A stretch of 64,000 bases of DNA from Gemmatimonadales bacterium (GTDB lineage: Bacteria > Gemmatimonadota > Gemmatimonadetes > Gemmatimonadales > GWC2-71-9), in NCBI GenBank assembly GCA_037189525.1, contig JBBCJC010000003.1, forward strand, positions 64,001-128,000. Reading direction: 5' to 3'. The notes below the pieces were generated by a model. It saw only the letters and a list, made by a program, of their open reading frames with translations. It was not told the DNA's origin and did not search any database. Made by a program: the position numbers and the translations under genes. Below are positions 1-9,446 of the stretch, one piece after another (position 1 is the stretch's first letter; each line of letters starts with the position of its first letter).

Positions 1-1491
1 GCCTTCCCGGAGACGGCGGTCAGCGATGGCTCGATCCCGACCGCGCCTGTGGACGGCGGTGGTCGCCGGATCTGCACGTATGCTGAGGACATCCTTGGCA
101 ATGCGAGCAGCTCGGGTGCGTCGAACTTCTTCGGCGTCGACTTTGAAGCCCCGGTTATCCGCGTCATGGGCGCGACGGCGGCGACTCCGGCTCCGGTTGG
201 TACGCGGGCCCAGGTGCTTGACTCCACGCTCAACGCCACCATCTACTCCATCGCCACTCCGACCCCGGCTGAGTTCTTCGGTGTCGAGGCGCAGGATGGC
301 CGGGCTGGCTTCCATCAGGGCGCGCATATCGACGGCTTCCCGGCGAGCTACGTCCTGAACCGTTTCCGGGCGGGCACGCCGCAGACGGTGGGCGCGACGT
401 TCGCGTCGGGTGCGTTCGGCTTGCCGACGCTCCTCAGCGACACCTACGTCCGTGGCCTCGAACTCCCGATCCAGGGTGGCGCTGCTCCGGCCTCCGGGCT
501 GGGTGGCGTGGGCTACTACTTCTTCAGCGGCAAGGTCACCGACCGCGCCGGTAACGAGAGCACCACGCTCAGCGCGAACTTCGCGTCTGACGATGTTGCT
601 CCGCCGAACATCACCGGTCTCGGCTTCATCACCGGCTTCTACACGCCGGGCGCGGCCGCGCCGTTCTCCTTCTCGGCGAACGACGATCTCGAAGTGATCG
701 ACGGTACGTTGGCTGTGACGCAGAACATCCCGACGGGTGCTGGTACGGCCCTGCGGTATCCCTACGGCACGCTGACCCCGCTGGGCATCCGGTGGGACGA
801 TCAGATCACGAACATCGTGAACGGCGTCAATGGTGCGGTCCCGTACTTCCTGTTCCGGGTTGACGAGGCCTGCTCCGCGGCTGGTGTGCCGTACGCCGCT
901 TGCGCGGATCCGGCGACGATCGGCGGGACGACGTTGTCTCCGGCCCCGGTGCCCTACATCACCACCTCGATCCTGGGTGACGTGGCGAACAGCGTCAGCG
1001 CGCTGGCCGATACGACCCAGTACAACAACGCTGGTGCCCTGACGGCGGCTGACAAGCTTCCGGTCTCGGTCTCGGCGAACGTGAACGACGTTGCGGGCCA
1101 GTCGGCCGCTGCGCCGATCTCGGCTCCGATGCTGAACACGCAGTTCAACCCGCAGACCGGTATCACCACCACCGGTGTGTGGGCGCACGCTGACCTCCTT
1201 GCCTGGAGCGGCGAGGTCGGGACCACGAACATCACGGCGGTGCATGTCGCTTCGACGTCGATCGTGGTGCCGTTCTTCGACCATGCTTCGCTCTGGCGCC
1301 TGTACGGCACCGAGTGGGTCCTCTGCGGTCAGTTCCCGACTCCGGCGCGTACCGACAACGGCGCGCACCGGTTCTACACCTACACCACTCCGATTCCGAC
1401 CACCGGCGCTTGCGCCGCGGCGGGTGGTGGCGACTACCGCGTGATGGGTACGAAGGGCGGCGCTGGTCTGTTCTCGCCGAACTTCAACTAA
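1..1491 (+). CDS. Large secreted/surface (S-layer-like, Ig-like) protein, 5'-truncated by the window
   Basis: Frame is open from base 1 (AFPETAVSDG...) to TAA 1489-1491. Thr/Gly/Ala/Pro-rich, with an Ig-like 'VTDRAGNES' turn, and followed by a strong terminator. Confidence 0.6.
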   Translation, partial: AFPETAVSDGSIPTAPVDGGGRRICTYAEDILGNASSSGASNFFGVDFEAPVIRVMGATAATPAPVGTRAQVLDSTLNATIYSIATPTPAEFFGVEAQDGRAGFHQGAHIDGFPASYVLNRFRAGTPQTVGATFASGAFGLPTLLSDTYVRGLELPIQGGAAPASGLGGVGYYFFSGKVTDRAGNESTTLSANFASDDVAPPNITGLGFITGFYTPGAAAPFSFSANDDLEVIDGTLAVTQNIPTGAGTALRYPYGTLTPLGIRWDDQITNIVNGVNGAVPYFLFRVDEACSAAGVPYAACADPATIGGTTLSPAPVPYITTSILGDVANSVSALADTTQYNNAGALTAADKLPVSVSANVNDVAGQSAAAPISAPMLNTQFNPQTGITTTGVWAHADLLAWSGEVGTTNITAVHVASTSIVVPFFDHASLWRLYGTEWVLCGQFPTPARTDNGAHRFYTYTTPIPTTGACAAAGGGDYRVMGTKGGAGLFSPNFN

Positions 1492-1514
1492 TCACAGCGG
1501 CATCGTGAAACAGG

Positions 1515-1547
1515 AGGCCCCGTCGCAAGACGGGGCCTTTTGTTTTT
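1515..1547 (+). terminator. Rho-independent terminator
   Basis: AGGCCCCGTC-GCAA-GACGGGGCCT hairpin followed by TTTGTTTTT. Confidence 0.9.
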
Positions 1548-1765
1548 CGGCAAACGCCACTGGAACGAGCGTCCGAGGTCGTCGATACTGGGTGCTATAG
1601 AGGGACGGTGTCGGATGAGGAGAGAAAAGGGGATCACATCACTGACCCGAGGAGAGCCAGCTTACGATGAGCAGATGCTTTCCGAGAGTGGCTTGGTCGA
1701 ACCGTAATAATTCGATGTTTTACTCGCTACCTCGTCGCTGATCTAATGCTAGGCAAACGTCGAGC

Positions 1766-2164
1766 TCAATATCGATGTGGCCGCACAGTAGGATGTCGCT
1801 CGACGACAATACCGTTCGCATGCTCACGCCACTCACTCGTCAGATCATCGGGGTCGTAGCTGACAATCAAGCGGCTGCCGTTCCATGACACCGTGACACC
1901 CTGAATAGCTTCCTCTGAATATTCACCATCGGGACTCGTGTCGAGTATACTGACGATTTTGACAGGGTCATGGCCTGACCTTTCGACTTTTACGACGACG
2001 CCAGGATCAGCGAGCGCACCACAGTTCGTTTCATATATGACAGCGACGACCGTTTCATCGGATAATGGAATGCGTTGAACAGGGACTTCGGTACAGCATG
2101 CAGATGCCCCTATGGGCAACAGCAGACATAAGCTACGGAGTGTGAGAACGGCTCTGTCGCTCAT
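1766..2164 (-). CDS. Hypothetical lipoprotein
   Basis: MSDRAVLTLRSLCLLLPIGASAC lipobox-like N-terminus, then an AVIYETNCGA motif; lies in a lower-GC patch. Confidence 0.55.
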   Translation of the reverse strand: MSDRAVLTLRSLCLLLPIGASACCTEVPVQRIPLSDETVVAVIYETNCGALADPGVVVKVERSGHDPVKIVSILDTSPDGEYSEEAIQGVTVSWNGSRLIVSYDPDDLTSEWREHANGIVVERHPTVRPHRY

Positions 2165-2429
2165 TGCAGGAATCTCCAGTACCATCCAGATGTTCCCTTA
2201 GGGGGCATTGGCACAATCAATCTGCAGGCGACCCCCGCCCGCCGGCCTCGAATCATACGTATGTTACCTGGGAAGATAGTATGCGTGCTGTGCCTCTCCG
2301 CTTGGGCAAAACGTAACCGCCGTTCCATAGCTAGGTATTTGAAGTTTCTGGGAATGCTCCGTGCTACATCAACACATGCCCCGTCGAATTGGCGGGGCTT
2401 GTGTGTTAGAGGGTGTTTAGCCGAGCGAC

Positions 2430-2465
2430 AAAAAGCCCGACACGGAACACCGCGCCGGGCCTTTT
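2430..2465. terminator. Possible bidirectional terminator
   Basis: AAAAAGCCCG...CGGGCCTTTT inverted repeat just past the stop of the 2497 gene. Confidence 0.5.
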
Positions 2466-2496
2466 GGGGACGAGCCGATCTCGGAGGAAACCGGAC

Positions 2497-3339
2497 TCAG
2501 ACGTTCATGCTGTTCAGATTGGCAAAGAACTGATTGAAGTAGGCCCCGATCGCGGGCGGCCTGGCCTCCGGTCCCATCGACCCCTTGCTCAGGTAGCCGA
2601 GCAGGGTGCCCAGACCTTCCGGGGTATTGGGGACATAGCCGCGGTCGACCGCGTCCAGGAACATCCTGGCCTCGGTGTTGAGCGTGGCGTTGTACTTCCC
2701 AGGGTTGTTGTACTGGTCGTGCTTCAACTCGAGCTGCTTGACCCGGGCGTCGTAAGAGCCATTGATGCCGTGACCTGCGGGAACGCCAGTACCATGGATG
2801 ACCAGCGGCGCCCAATTCACGCCGATCGGCGGCAAGGCCTGGCGTGCGACCGGAGGCTCGGCGGCCGGCGGCGCGATCGGATCGGCCGGGGTATTCTCGG
2901 CGGTGACGGTGCCAGCCCCAGGCTTGCCGACTTCCGGTTCGTCGAGCGCGACTACGACATCATCCGGCACGAAGGAAACCGGGATGTCGAGATCGTCCCC
3001 GCCCAGGTCGATCGGCGCCTCCGTCTCGAGCTTCTCCTGCTCGGCGACGATGATTCCTTCCAGCGTGTCCCGGGTCTCGATGTGAACCTCGGCCACCGGG
3101 AGGTCGGTTGACGGGGCTTCGGCCTTCTCCGTGGCGTCAGGGACCTCAGGCGTCTGTTTCGTGACGATCGTCGGCAAGTGAACCTCGGATGAGTTCTCGG
3201 CCCATCCGGCTGCCTCCCGCAGCGTCTCGGCGAAGGTGCCGTGGTTCTGACTTGCCGGTCGAGCCGTACCGGAATAGGAACGATTTGCCGGCTCATTGAC
3301 CGGGGTCAGCAGCGAGTGCAGCTTTCTCATGACATCCAT
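2497..3339 (-). CDS. Hypothetical protein with an acidic/Pro-rich linker and a globular C-terminal domain
   Basis: GGAG RBS before ATG 3339; host-like codon usage. Confidence 0.65.
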   Translation of the reverse strand: MDVMRKLHSLLTPVNEPANRSYSGTARPASQNHGTFAETLREAAGWAENSSEVHLPTIVTKQTPEVPDATEKAEAPSTDLPVAEVHIETRDTLEGIIVAEQEKLETEAPIDLGGDDLDIPVSFVPDDVVVALDEPEVGKPGAGTVTAENTPADPIAPPAAEPPVARQALPPIGVNWAPLVIHGTGVPAGHGINGSYDARVKQLELKHDQYNNPGKYNATLNTEARMFLDAVDRGYVPNTPEGLGTLLGYLSKGSMGPEARPPAIGAYFNQFFANLNSMNV

Positions 3340-3625
3340 GTCGTTGTCTCCCAACAACTTGGCGTTTCGGCGCCGAGGCAGGTCCGTGGGCGCTGGTTGT
3401 AATCCCTGACCCCTTGGGTGCAATCGCGGGGCCGAATCACAAAACTGGTCTGAAATTCGGTCATGCTGACCTGGATCATCCCCAGCTGTCTGGGCTCGTG
3501 TCATACCGATGGGGAACGCTGCAAATGCCCTTGGTTAACGTGATGGTGGGCTCCTCCTGCTGGCTGGCACTACAACCCTCGAGGCCCAGCTACAGATACG
3601 TCCCCGGTTCGGAGTTTCCATCCCG

Positions 3626-5239
3626 ATGCGGGATGAGGTAACCCTCGTTGCCGATGTCTGGGTACCCGATACGGTGGGGCGTCACCCGACCGTTCTGATC
3701 CGGACGCCGTACGTGCGCACCGCTCAATTCCGGCGCTACGGCCTCAAGGCCTATCTCGAGCGGGGCTACGCGGTGGTCCTCCAGGACGTGCGCGGTCGTG
3801 GCGACTCGGATGGACGCTTCCGCTTCTACTTTCCCGAGGCCCAAGACGGCTACGATACGATCGAGTGGATCGCGCGACAGCCGTGGTCAAATGGCAAGGT
3901 CGGCATGGACGGCGGGTCATATCTCGCAACGGTGCAGTGGCTTGCTGCGCGCGAGCGGCCGCCCGCGCTCGCCTGCATGATTCCCACTGCGCCTTCCGGC
4001 CGCCTGTTCGACGAACTGCCCTATCAGGGAGGCGCGTTCCGGCTCGAGTGGGCGCTCTCCTGGCTCAACGGCGTTTCGGACCGCAGTGATCAGAATGAAA
4101 CCTGGCAGCTGGGCAGTCCCGATCGCCTGGCAACCCATCGGCCGCTCCTCACGATGGACGAGGCCTTCGGGCGGTCGATGCCGCTCTATCGGGAATTTCT
4201 GACCCACTCGACGCTGGATAACTATTGGCGCCCGCTGCACTTTACCGCGGAGGACTTTGCGCGGATCTCGATCCCCGTCCTCCATGTCACCGGCTGGTAT
4301 GACGGCGATCAGCTGGGTGCGCTCTACTACTGGGATGGGATGGAGGCGCACGGGCCAGTCAAAGACAATCGTCATTTGATCATCGGTCCATGGACGCACG
4401 GGCAGACTTACCTGGGCGGGGCGGAGCGGGTGGGTGCGTTCACCTTTCCGGAAGTATCGACTCTTCCGATCCAGCAGATTCGACTCGACTTCTTCGACGG
4501 TTGCCTCAAAGGGACCGAGCGGTTCGTGGCACCGCGGGTCCGGCTCTTCCTGACAGGGTCCAACCGATGGATCGAGGCGGACCGGTATCCTTTACCGATG
4601 GCTGAGTCGACACCCCTTTATCTCCACAGCGCCGGAAAAGCCAACTCCGCCGCTGGCGATGGCCGGCTGTCGTGGAGTGCGCCGGATACGCAACCGCCTG
4701 ATCGCTACCGGTATGATCCTCGAGATCCCGTTCGTTCCCGCGGGATAGCGACAGACCATCGCCCCGGGCAGCAGCGACAGGACGTTCTTATCTATACCAG
4801 CGAGGTCCTGAAGGATTCGGTCGACGTGGTCGGCCGCGTCTTCGTCAAGCTATACGCGGCAAGCGATGCACGGGATACCGACTTCACGGCCAAGCTGCTG
4901 GACGTGTATCCGGATGGTCGTTCGATCAAACTCGGCCCAACCGATGTCGGGGTGCGGCGAGCCCGCTATCGGAACGGCTATGATCGGGAGGAACTGCTGG
5001 AACCGGGGAAGACGGAGCTCTATACGATCGAGCTGTTCGATATCGGGCATACGTTTCTGCCCGGGCACCGGATTCAGATCGAGGTGTCGAGCAGCGCGTT
5101 CCCGTACATCGATGCGAATACGAATACGGGCAATCCGGTTGCTACGGACACGGCGTTTCGAGTTGCAAATCAGACGATCTATCACGATAACGCCAGGTCG
5201 TCACACGCCCTGCTACCTATTCTCCCACGGCGGCGATGA
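3626..5239 (+). CDS. CocE/NonD family hydrolase (S15-like); the true start is probably upstream (see findings)
   Basis: IPMRDxVxLxADV, RTPY, QDVRGRGDSDG, GGSYLA nucleophile elbow, GWYD, IGPWTH and C-terminal PepX_C-like domain. Confidence 0.9.
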   Translation: MRDEVTLVADVWVPDTVGRHPTVLIRTPYVRTAQFRRYGLKAYLERGYAVVLQDVRGRGDSDGRFRFYFPEAQDGYDTIEWIARQPWSNGKVGMDGGSYLATVQWLAARERPPALACMIPTAPSGRLFDELPYQGGAFRLEWALSWLNGVSDRSDQNETWQLGSPDRLATHRPLLTMDEAFGRSMPLYREFLTHSTLDNYWRPLHFTAEDFARISIPVLHVTGWYDGDQLGALYYWDGMEAHGPVKDNRHLIIGPWTHGQTYLGGAERVGAFTFPEVSTLPIQQIRLDFFDGCLKGTERFVAPRVRLFLTGSNRWIEADRYPLPMAESTPLYLHSAGKANSAAGDGRLSWSAPDTQPPDRYRYDPRDPVRSRGIATDHRPGQQRQDVLIYTSEVLKDSVDVVGRVFVKLYAASDARDTDFTAKLLDVYPDGRSIKLGPTDVGVRRARYRNGYDREELLEPGKTELYTIELFDIGHTFLPGHRIQIEVSSSAFPYIDANTNTGNPVATDTAFRVANQTIYHDNARSSHALLPILPRRR

Positions 5240-5297
5240 GATCGACGATCCCTCGCGATGCAGACTCGTGCCGCGCGTCGTCAGCACCGCGGTTGCA

Positions 5298-6692
5298 TCA
5301 CCCGACGATGTCTGCAGGCAGTCCTGCCTCGAGCGTGACCGATCCCTCTTTCTGAAACCCCGGCCGCCCCATGGCGGCGAACGTCAGCCGCTTACCCAGC
5401 TCCACCCCTGGCTGATCGAACGGATTGACCCCGTACCACACCCCCGCGAAACCGGTGGCGAGCTGCATGAACATGATCAGCTCGCCCAGCATGTCCGCAT
5501 CCAGCCGCGGCAACACCAGGCTGGCATTCATCCGCCCCATCCGCGCCAGCGCCGCCGACGTCGCATCCTGCTCGGCGCGCAGCAGCGAACCGAGCGTATG
5601 GCCCTGGAGGTAGGCCAGCTCCTCTGGCAGGTTCGGGCGATGCGGAATTTCGACATCCTCGCCCGGATCCTCGACTCGGACGAAGGTCACCACCTTGTCG
5701 AACGGTCCCTCCATGAAGAGCTGCACCTGGCTGTGCTGGTCCGTCGCGCCGACGGCACCGACCGGGGTCGGACCCGTGAAGATCGGCTGCCCGCGGCGAT
5801 CGACCTGCTTGCCGAGGCTCTCTGCCCAGAGCTGTACGAACCAGGCCGCAAACTCGCGGAGTCGGTCGCTATAGGGCATCAGCACGTGGATCCGTGCCCC
5901 CAGCCAGGCGTCCGCAGCCCAGAGCAGGGCGGAGTAGAGACCGGCCGGGTTCTTGAGGAGTTCGGGGCGCTGCGCCTCGTTCACCGCGCGTTCGGCTCCG
6001 CGCAACAACGCTTCGATGTCGATTCCGATCAGCGCCGCCGGCAGAAGCCCGACGGGGGTTAGCACGCTGAAACGGCCGCCGACGTCAGGGGGGACCTCGA
6101 GGGCGGCAATGCCTTCGCGAGTGGCGAGTTCGCGGAGCGGACCTTTGACCGGATCGGTCGTAAAGGCCAGGTGTCGCGCCGCTGCATCCGGACCAAGCGC
6201 CTGATCGAGCCAGGCACGCACCACGAGATACTGGGCCAGCGTCTCCGCCGTGCCCCCCGACTTGGAGATCACATTGACCAGCACTCGGCGCGGATCGATC
6301 CGCCGGAGCGCCGCCGCCATCGAGGTCGGGTCGACGTTCTCGAGGATGGTCAAACGCGGGTAATACTCCCGCTCTTCGTCGCTCAGTTCGTTCCAGGCCG
6401 GTGGCTTGAGTGCATTGAGCAGCGCCTTGGTGCCAAGCGCTGAGCCGCCGATGCCGAGCACCAGGACGTGATCGTACGCCTGGCCCACCCCGTCGGCAAA
6501 GCGGCGGATCCCGCGGATCACGTCGGTTTGCGTACCGAGCGACATGAAGCCGTATTCGCCCTGGCCTCGCCGGCTTTCGACGTCCGCCTGGACCGCCGAA
6601 AAACGCTGGCTCAGCTCCTGGAGCCGAGCTCGGCCCAGGCCGTGCTGCCCGTCGAGCTTGTCGGTCAACATCCGTCCGTAGTGCAGCTTCAT
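5298..6692 (-). CDS. pgi: Glucose-6-phosphate isomerase
   Basis: GIGGSALG, SKSGGTAET, VGGRFSV, QLWAESLGK, DQHSQVQ, NPFDQPGVELGK. Confidence 0.95.
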   Translation of the reverse strand: MKLHYGRMLTDKLDGQHGLGRARLQELSQRFSAVQADVESRRGQGEYGFMSLGTQTDVIRGIRRFADGVGQAYDHVLVLGIGGSALGTKALLNALKPPAWNELSDEEREYYPRLTILENVDPTSMAAALRRIDPRRVLVNVISKSGGTAETLAQYLVVRAWLDQALGPDAAARHLAFTTDPVKGPLRELATREGIAALEVPPDVGGRFSVLTPVGLLPAALIGIDIEALLRGAERAVNEAQRPELLKNPAGLYSALLWAADAWLGARIHVLMPYSDRLREFAAWFVQLWAESLGKQVDRRGQPIFTGPTPVGAVGATDQHSQVQLFMEGPFDKVVTFVRVEDPGEDVEIPHRPNLPEELAYLQGHTLGSLLRAEQDATSAALARMGRMNASLVLPRLDADMLGELIMFMQLATGFAGVWYGVNPFDQPGVELGKRLTFAAMGRPGFQKEGSVTLEAGLPADIVG

Positions 6693-7468
6693 GCGGCGAT
6701 CTCCAGCGTGAGTCCGTCGTACCCCGGTTGGATGCCGTCCGGGAGCGACTCCGCCAGCTTCGCATGCCCGGTTTCGTGGGACAGGTGCGTCAGGTAGGTG
6801 CGCCGCGCCCCGATGGCCTGGGCGGCCTCGATGGCTTCGGGAATACTCTGATGGGTCGGGTGCTGCCGCCACCAGAGCGCGTTGACGATCAGGACGTCGA
6901 GCCCCGCCAGCGCTTCCCGCGCATCCGGCGGGATCGCCTTGACGTCGGTGATATAGGCCAGCCGTCCGATCCGAAAGCCGAGCACATCGACCGGCCCGTG
7001 CAGGAAGGGGAGCGGTAAAACCTCGACACCGGCCACGGTAAACGGACGCCACGGCTCGATCAGGTGCAGTTCGAGCCGCGGTTTCGACGTGCCGGGCACG
7101 GCCACGACACCGGGATCGAAGATGTACTGATACGATTGGAGCAGGAAGTCGCGCGTCATGGCGTTGGCGTAGAGCGGCAGCGGCTCCCGCTTGCGCACCG
7201 AGAAGGCGCGCAGATCATCGATCCCGGCCACGTGATCGGCGTGCTGGTGCGTGAACAGCACGGCATCGGCGGTGGAGACACCCGCGGCCAGGAGCTGAAG
7301 CCGCAGTTCCGGCGGCGTGTCGATCAGGATGGTGCCGCTATCGGTCTCGATCGCGGCGGCTGCACGATACCGCCGATCGCGCGGGTCGGTCGAGTGGCAG
7401 ACGCCGCAGTCGCAGCCGATCTGGGGCACGCCGAACGACGTTCCGGTGCCGAGCAGGGTCAGTCGCAT
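6689..7468 (-). CDS. MBL-fold metallo-hydrolase (PhnP-like)
   Basis: LGTGTSFGVP, CDCGVC, THQHADH, YLTHLSH, GYDG. Confidence 0.9.
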   Translation of the reverse strand: MRLTLLGTGTSFGVPQIGCDCGVCHSTDPRDRRYRAAAAIETDSGTILIDTPPELRLQLLAAGVSTADAVLFTHQHADHVAGIDDLRAFSVRKREPLPLYANAMTRDFLLQSYQYIFDPGVVAVPGTSKPRLELHLIEPWRPFTVAGVEVLPLPFLHGPVDVLGFRIGRLAYITDVKAIPPDAREALAGLDVLIVNALWWRQHPTHQSIPEAIEAAQAIGARRTYLTHLSHETGHAKLAESLPDGIQPGYDGLTLEIAA

Positions 7469-7490
7469 CTGACGTCCGGCGTCGACCAGG

Positions 7491-8927
7491 TCACACGCTC
7501 TCGATCCGAAGCAGGTTCGTGGTGCCGGCCAGGTCGAACGGCACTCCGGCGGTCACCACGAACCGGTCACCCGGCCAGGCCAGTCCCTTTTTGACGATGA
7601 CTTCGCGGGTCAGCGCGAGCATCGAGTCATAATCGGGACGGCGCTCCACCAGGACCGGGATGACGCCCCAGACCAGCGCCAGTTGCTGGAAGGTGGTGGC
7701 TTCCGGAGTAACGGCAAGAATCGGGACCGAGGGACGATATGACGACACCGTCCGCGCCGTGAAACCGCTGCTGGTCAGGCAGACGATCAGCGGTACATTG
7801 AGCAGGTCGGCAGCTGCGCATACCGCGACCGAGATCGCATCCTCCGTGCTGGCCGTCACGTGCGGCTGCTTGAGCTGTGACGCGGAGGCCTGCCACTCGA
7901 GCGAGTGATCGGTGTGGCTGTGGCGGTGTCCTTCGACCTCGCGGGCAATCTGATCCATCGCGAGGACGGCCTCGAGCGGATAGGCGCCGACCGCGGTTTC
8001 GGCCGAGAGCATCACGGCATCGGTGCCGTCGAGGATGGCATTGGCTACGTCCGACGCTTCGGCCCGGGTGGGGCGGGGCGCCTTGATCATCGACTCGAGC
8101 ATCTGGGTCGCGGTGATGACCGGCTTACCGTGGCGATTGGCTTCCCGGATCAGGCGCTTCTGCACCAGAGGCACCCGCTCGAACGGCAGTTCGACGCCCA
8201 GGTCGCCGCGCGCGACCATGATCCCGTCGGCAGCATCGAGGATGGCCGGCAGGTGGCCCAGCGCGGTGTCCTTCTCGATCTTGGCAATCAGGCGGACATG
8301 CTTGGGCACCAGGCGCCGGAGACCCTCGACGTCCTGCGGCCGGCGCACGAAGCTCATGCCCAGATAGTTGACGCCGAGTTCCACGGCCATCAACGCGTCT
8401 TCGCGATCTTTGGCGGTCAGCGCAGGTGTCGAGACCTCGACCCCGGGCAGGTTGATGCCCTTGTTGGACTTGAGCAGGCCGCCATAGCGCACCGACGCGT
8501 GGACCTTGTTCCCCGCCACGCTGATCACATCCAGGGAAATCAGACCGTCGTCGAGCAGGATGCGGGTGCCGGCCCGGACGTCTTCGGCCAGTTCGCGATA
8601 GGAGGTCGGGATCTCGCCGGACAGCGCTTCATCCTCCGGAGCAAGCACGACCTGCTCACCTTGCGTCAGCATGACCGGATCGGGCAGGTCGCCGACCCGG
8701 ATCCTGGGGCCCTGAAGGTCGACCAGGATGGCGGCGGCCTTTTCCCGGGATCCGAGAATGCCCTTCAATTCGGAAATCCAGCGGTGACGTGTTTCCGGCG
8801 TGCCATGCGACGCGTTGACACGTACTACATCGACGCCGGCATCGAGCATCGCGCGCATGCGCTCGGGTTGATCCCAGGCGGGTCCCAAGGTAGCCACGAT
8901 TTTCGTCCGACGACTTTCTCTTGCCAC
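7491..8927 (-). CDS. pyk: Pyruvate kinase
   Basis: [51 protein letters not shown] start with GAGG RBS. Confidence 0.95.
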   Translation of the reverse strand: MARESRRTKIVATLGPAWDQPERMRAMLDAGVDVVRVNASHGTPETRHRWISELKGILGSREKAAAILVDLQGPRIRVGDLPDPVMLTQGEQVVLAPEDEALSGEIPTSYRELAEDVRAGTRILLDDGLISLDVISVAGNKVHASVRYGGLLKSNKGINLPGVEVSTPALTAKDREDALMAVELGVNYLGMSFVRRPQDVEGLRRLVPKHVRLIAKIEKDTALGHLPAILDAADGIMVARGDLGVELPFERVPLVQKRLIREANRHGKPVITATQMLESMIKAPRPTRAEASDVANAILDGTDAVMLSAETAVGAYPLEAVLAMDQIAREVEGHRHSHTDHSLEWQASASQLKQPHVTASTEDAISVAVCAAADLLNVPLIVCLTSSGFTARTVSSYRPSVPILAVTPEATTFQQLALVWGVIPVLVERRPDYDSMLALTREVIVKKGLAWPGDRFVVTAGVPFDLAGTTNLLRIESV

Positions 8928-8939
8928 GGATAGCCTCGC

Positions 8940-9340
8940 TAAGGATGGTCCGGAAAACGGCTCTGGTTTCGGGTTTGGATTGTCTCGGCCGTGTCCGTAA
9001 TCGACGCCTTGTGGAGAAGCGGAATCGACATCAGTGTTGAAGGTAATCCATTGTATCGGAATGACATAGCACCAAACTGTCACGGTGCTGTCCACATCCG
9101 GCCGACCCGCCGGGCCGGTCCAGGGCCCAGGGAAAAAGCGACTTTCCAGCCGTGTGGAATCCGGAGTCTTTCCACAATGACGTTTCCCGGCCCCTCGCCG
9201 GTCGGGGGCCTAAACCCGCTAGTGCCAAGGACCTCCGTAATGGTTGGGGTTTCAACAAGCTCGGCAGAATTTATGCAGGCGCTCCACAATACATACACAT
9301 AACGTCGTTATGTGGATAAGAAGCCGGGGACTTGACTTTT
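8940..9340. other. DnaA-box cluster, candidate replication origin
   Basis: Perfect TGTGGATAA at 9311-9319 plus near-matches at 9010, 9088, 9153, 9168, 9280 and 9291 in a relatively AT-rich divergent intergenic. Confidence 0.5.
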
Positions 9341-9446
9341 CGGGGGTCCGGACGGCCCGAATAGACCTTTGACGGTCTTGCGGCCGCGGCCTAAATTGCC
9401 GCGCAGATATTCCCCTTCAGAGACAACAGGATGGAGGCGTGAGGCG

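Noticed and set aside
2161..2256. 31-aa minus-strand ORF (MIRG...GWYWRFLQ) overlapping the lipoprotein start, as a toxin remnant
   Set aside because: Too short, with no RBS or recognisable motif.
9290..9320. dif-like site (CATAA...TTATG)
   Set aside because: The central spacer is 5 bp (CGTCG) rather than 6, and the right arm is a DnaA box rather than the XerD arm TTATGTTAAAT.
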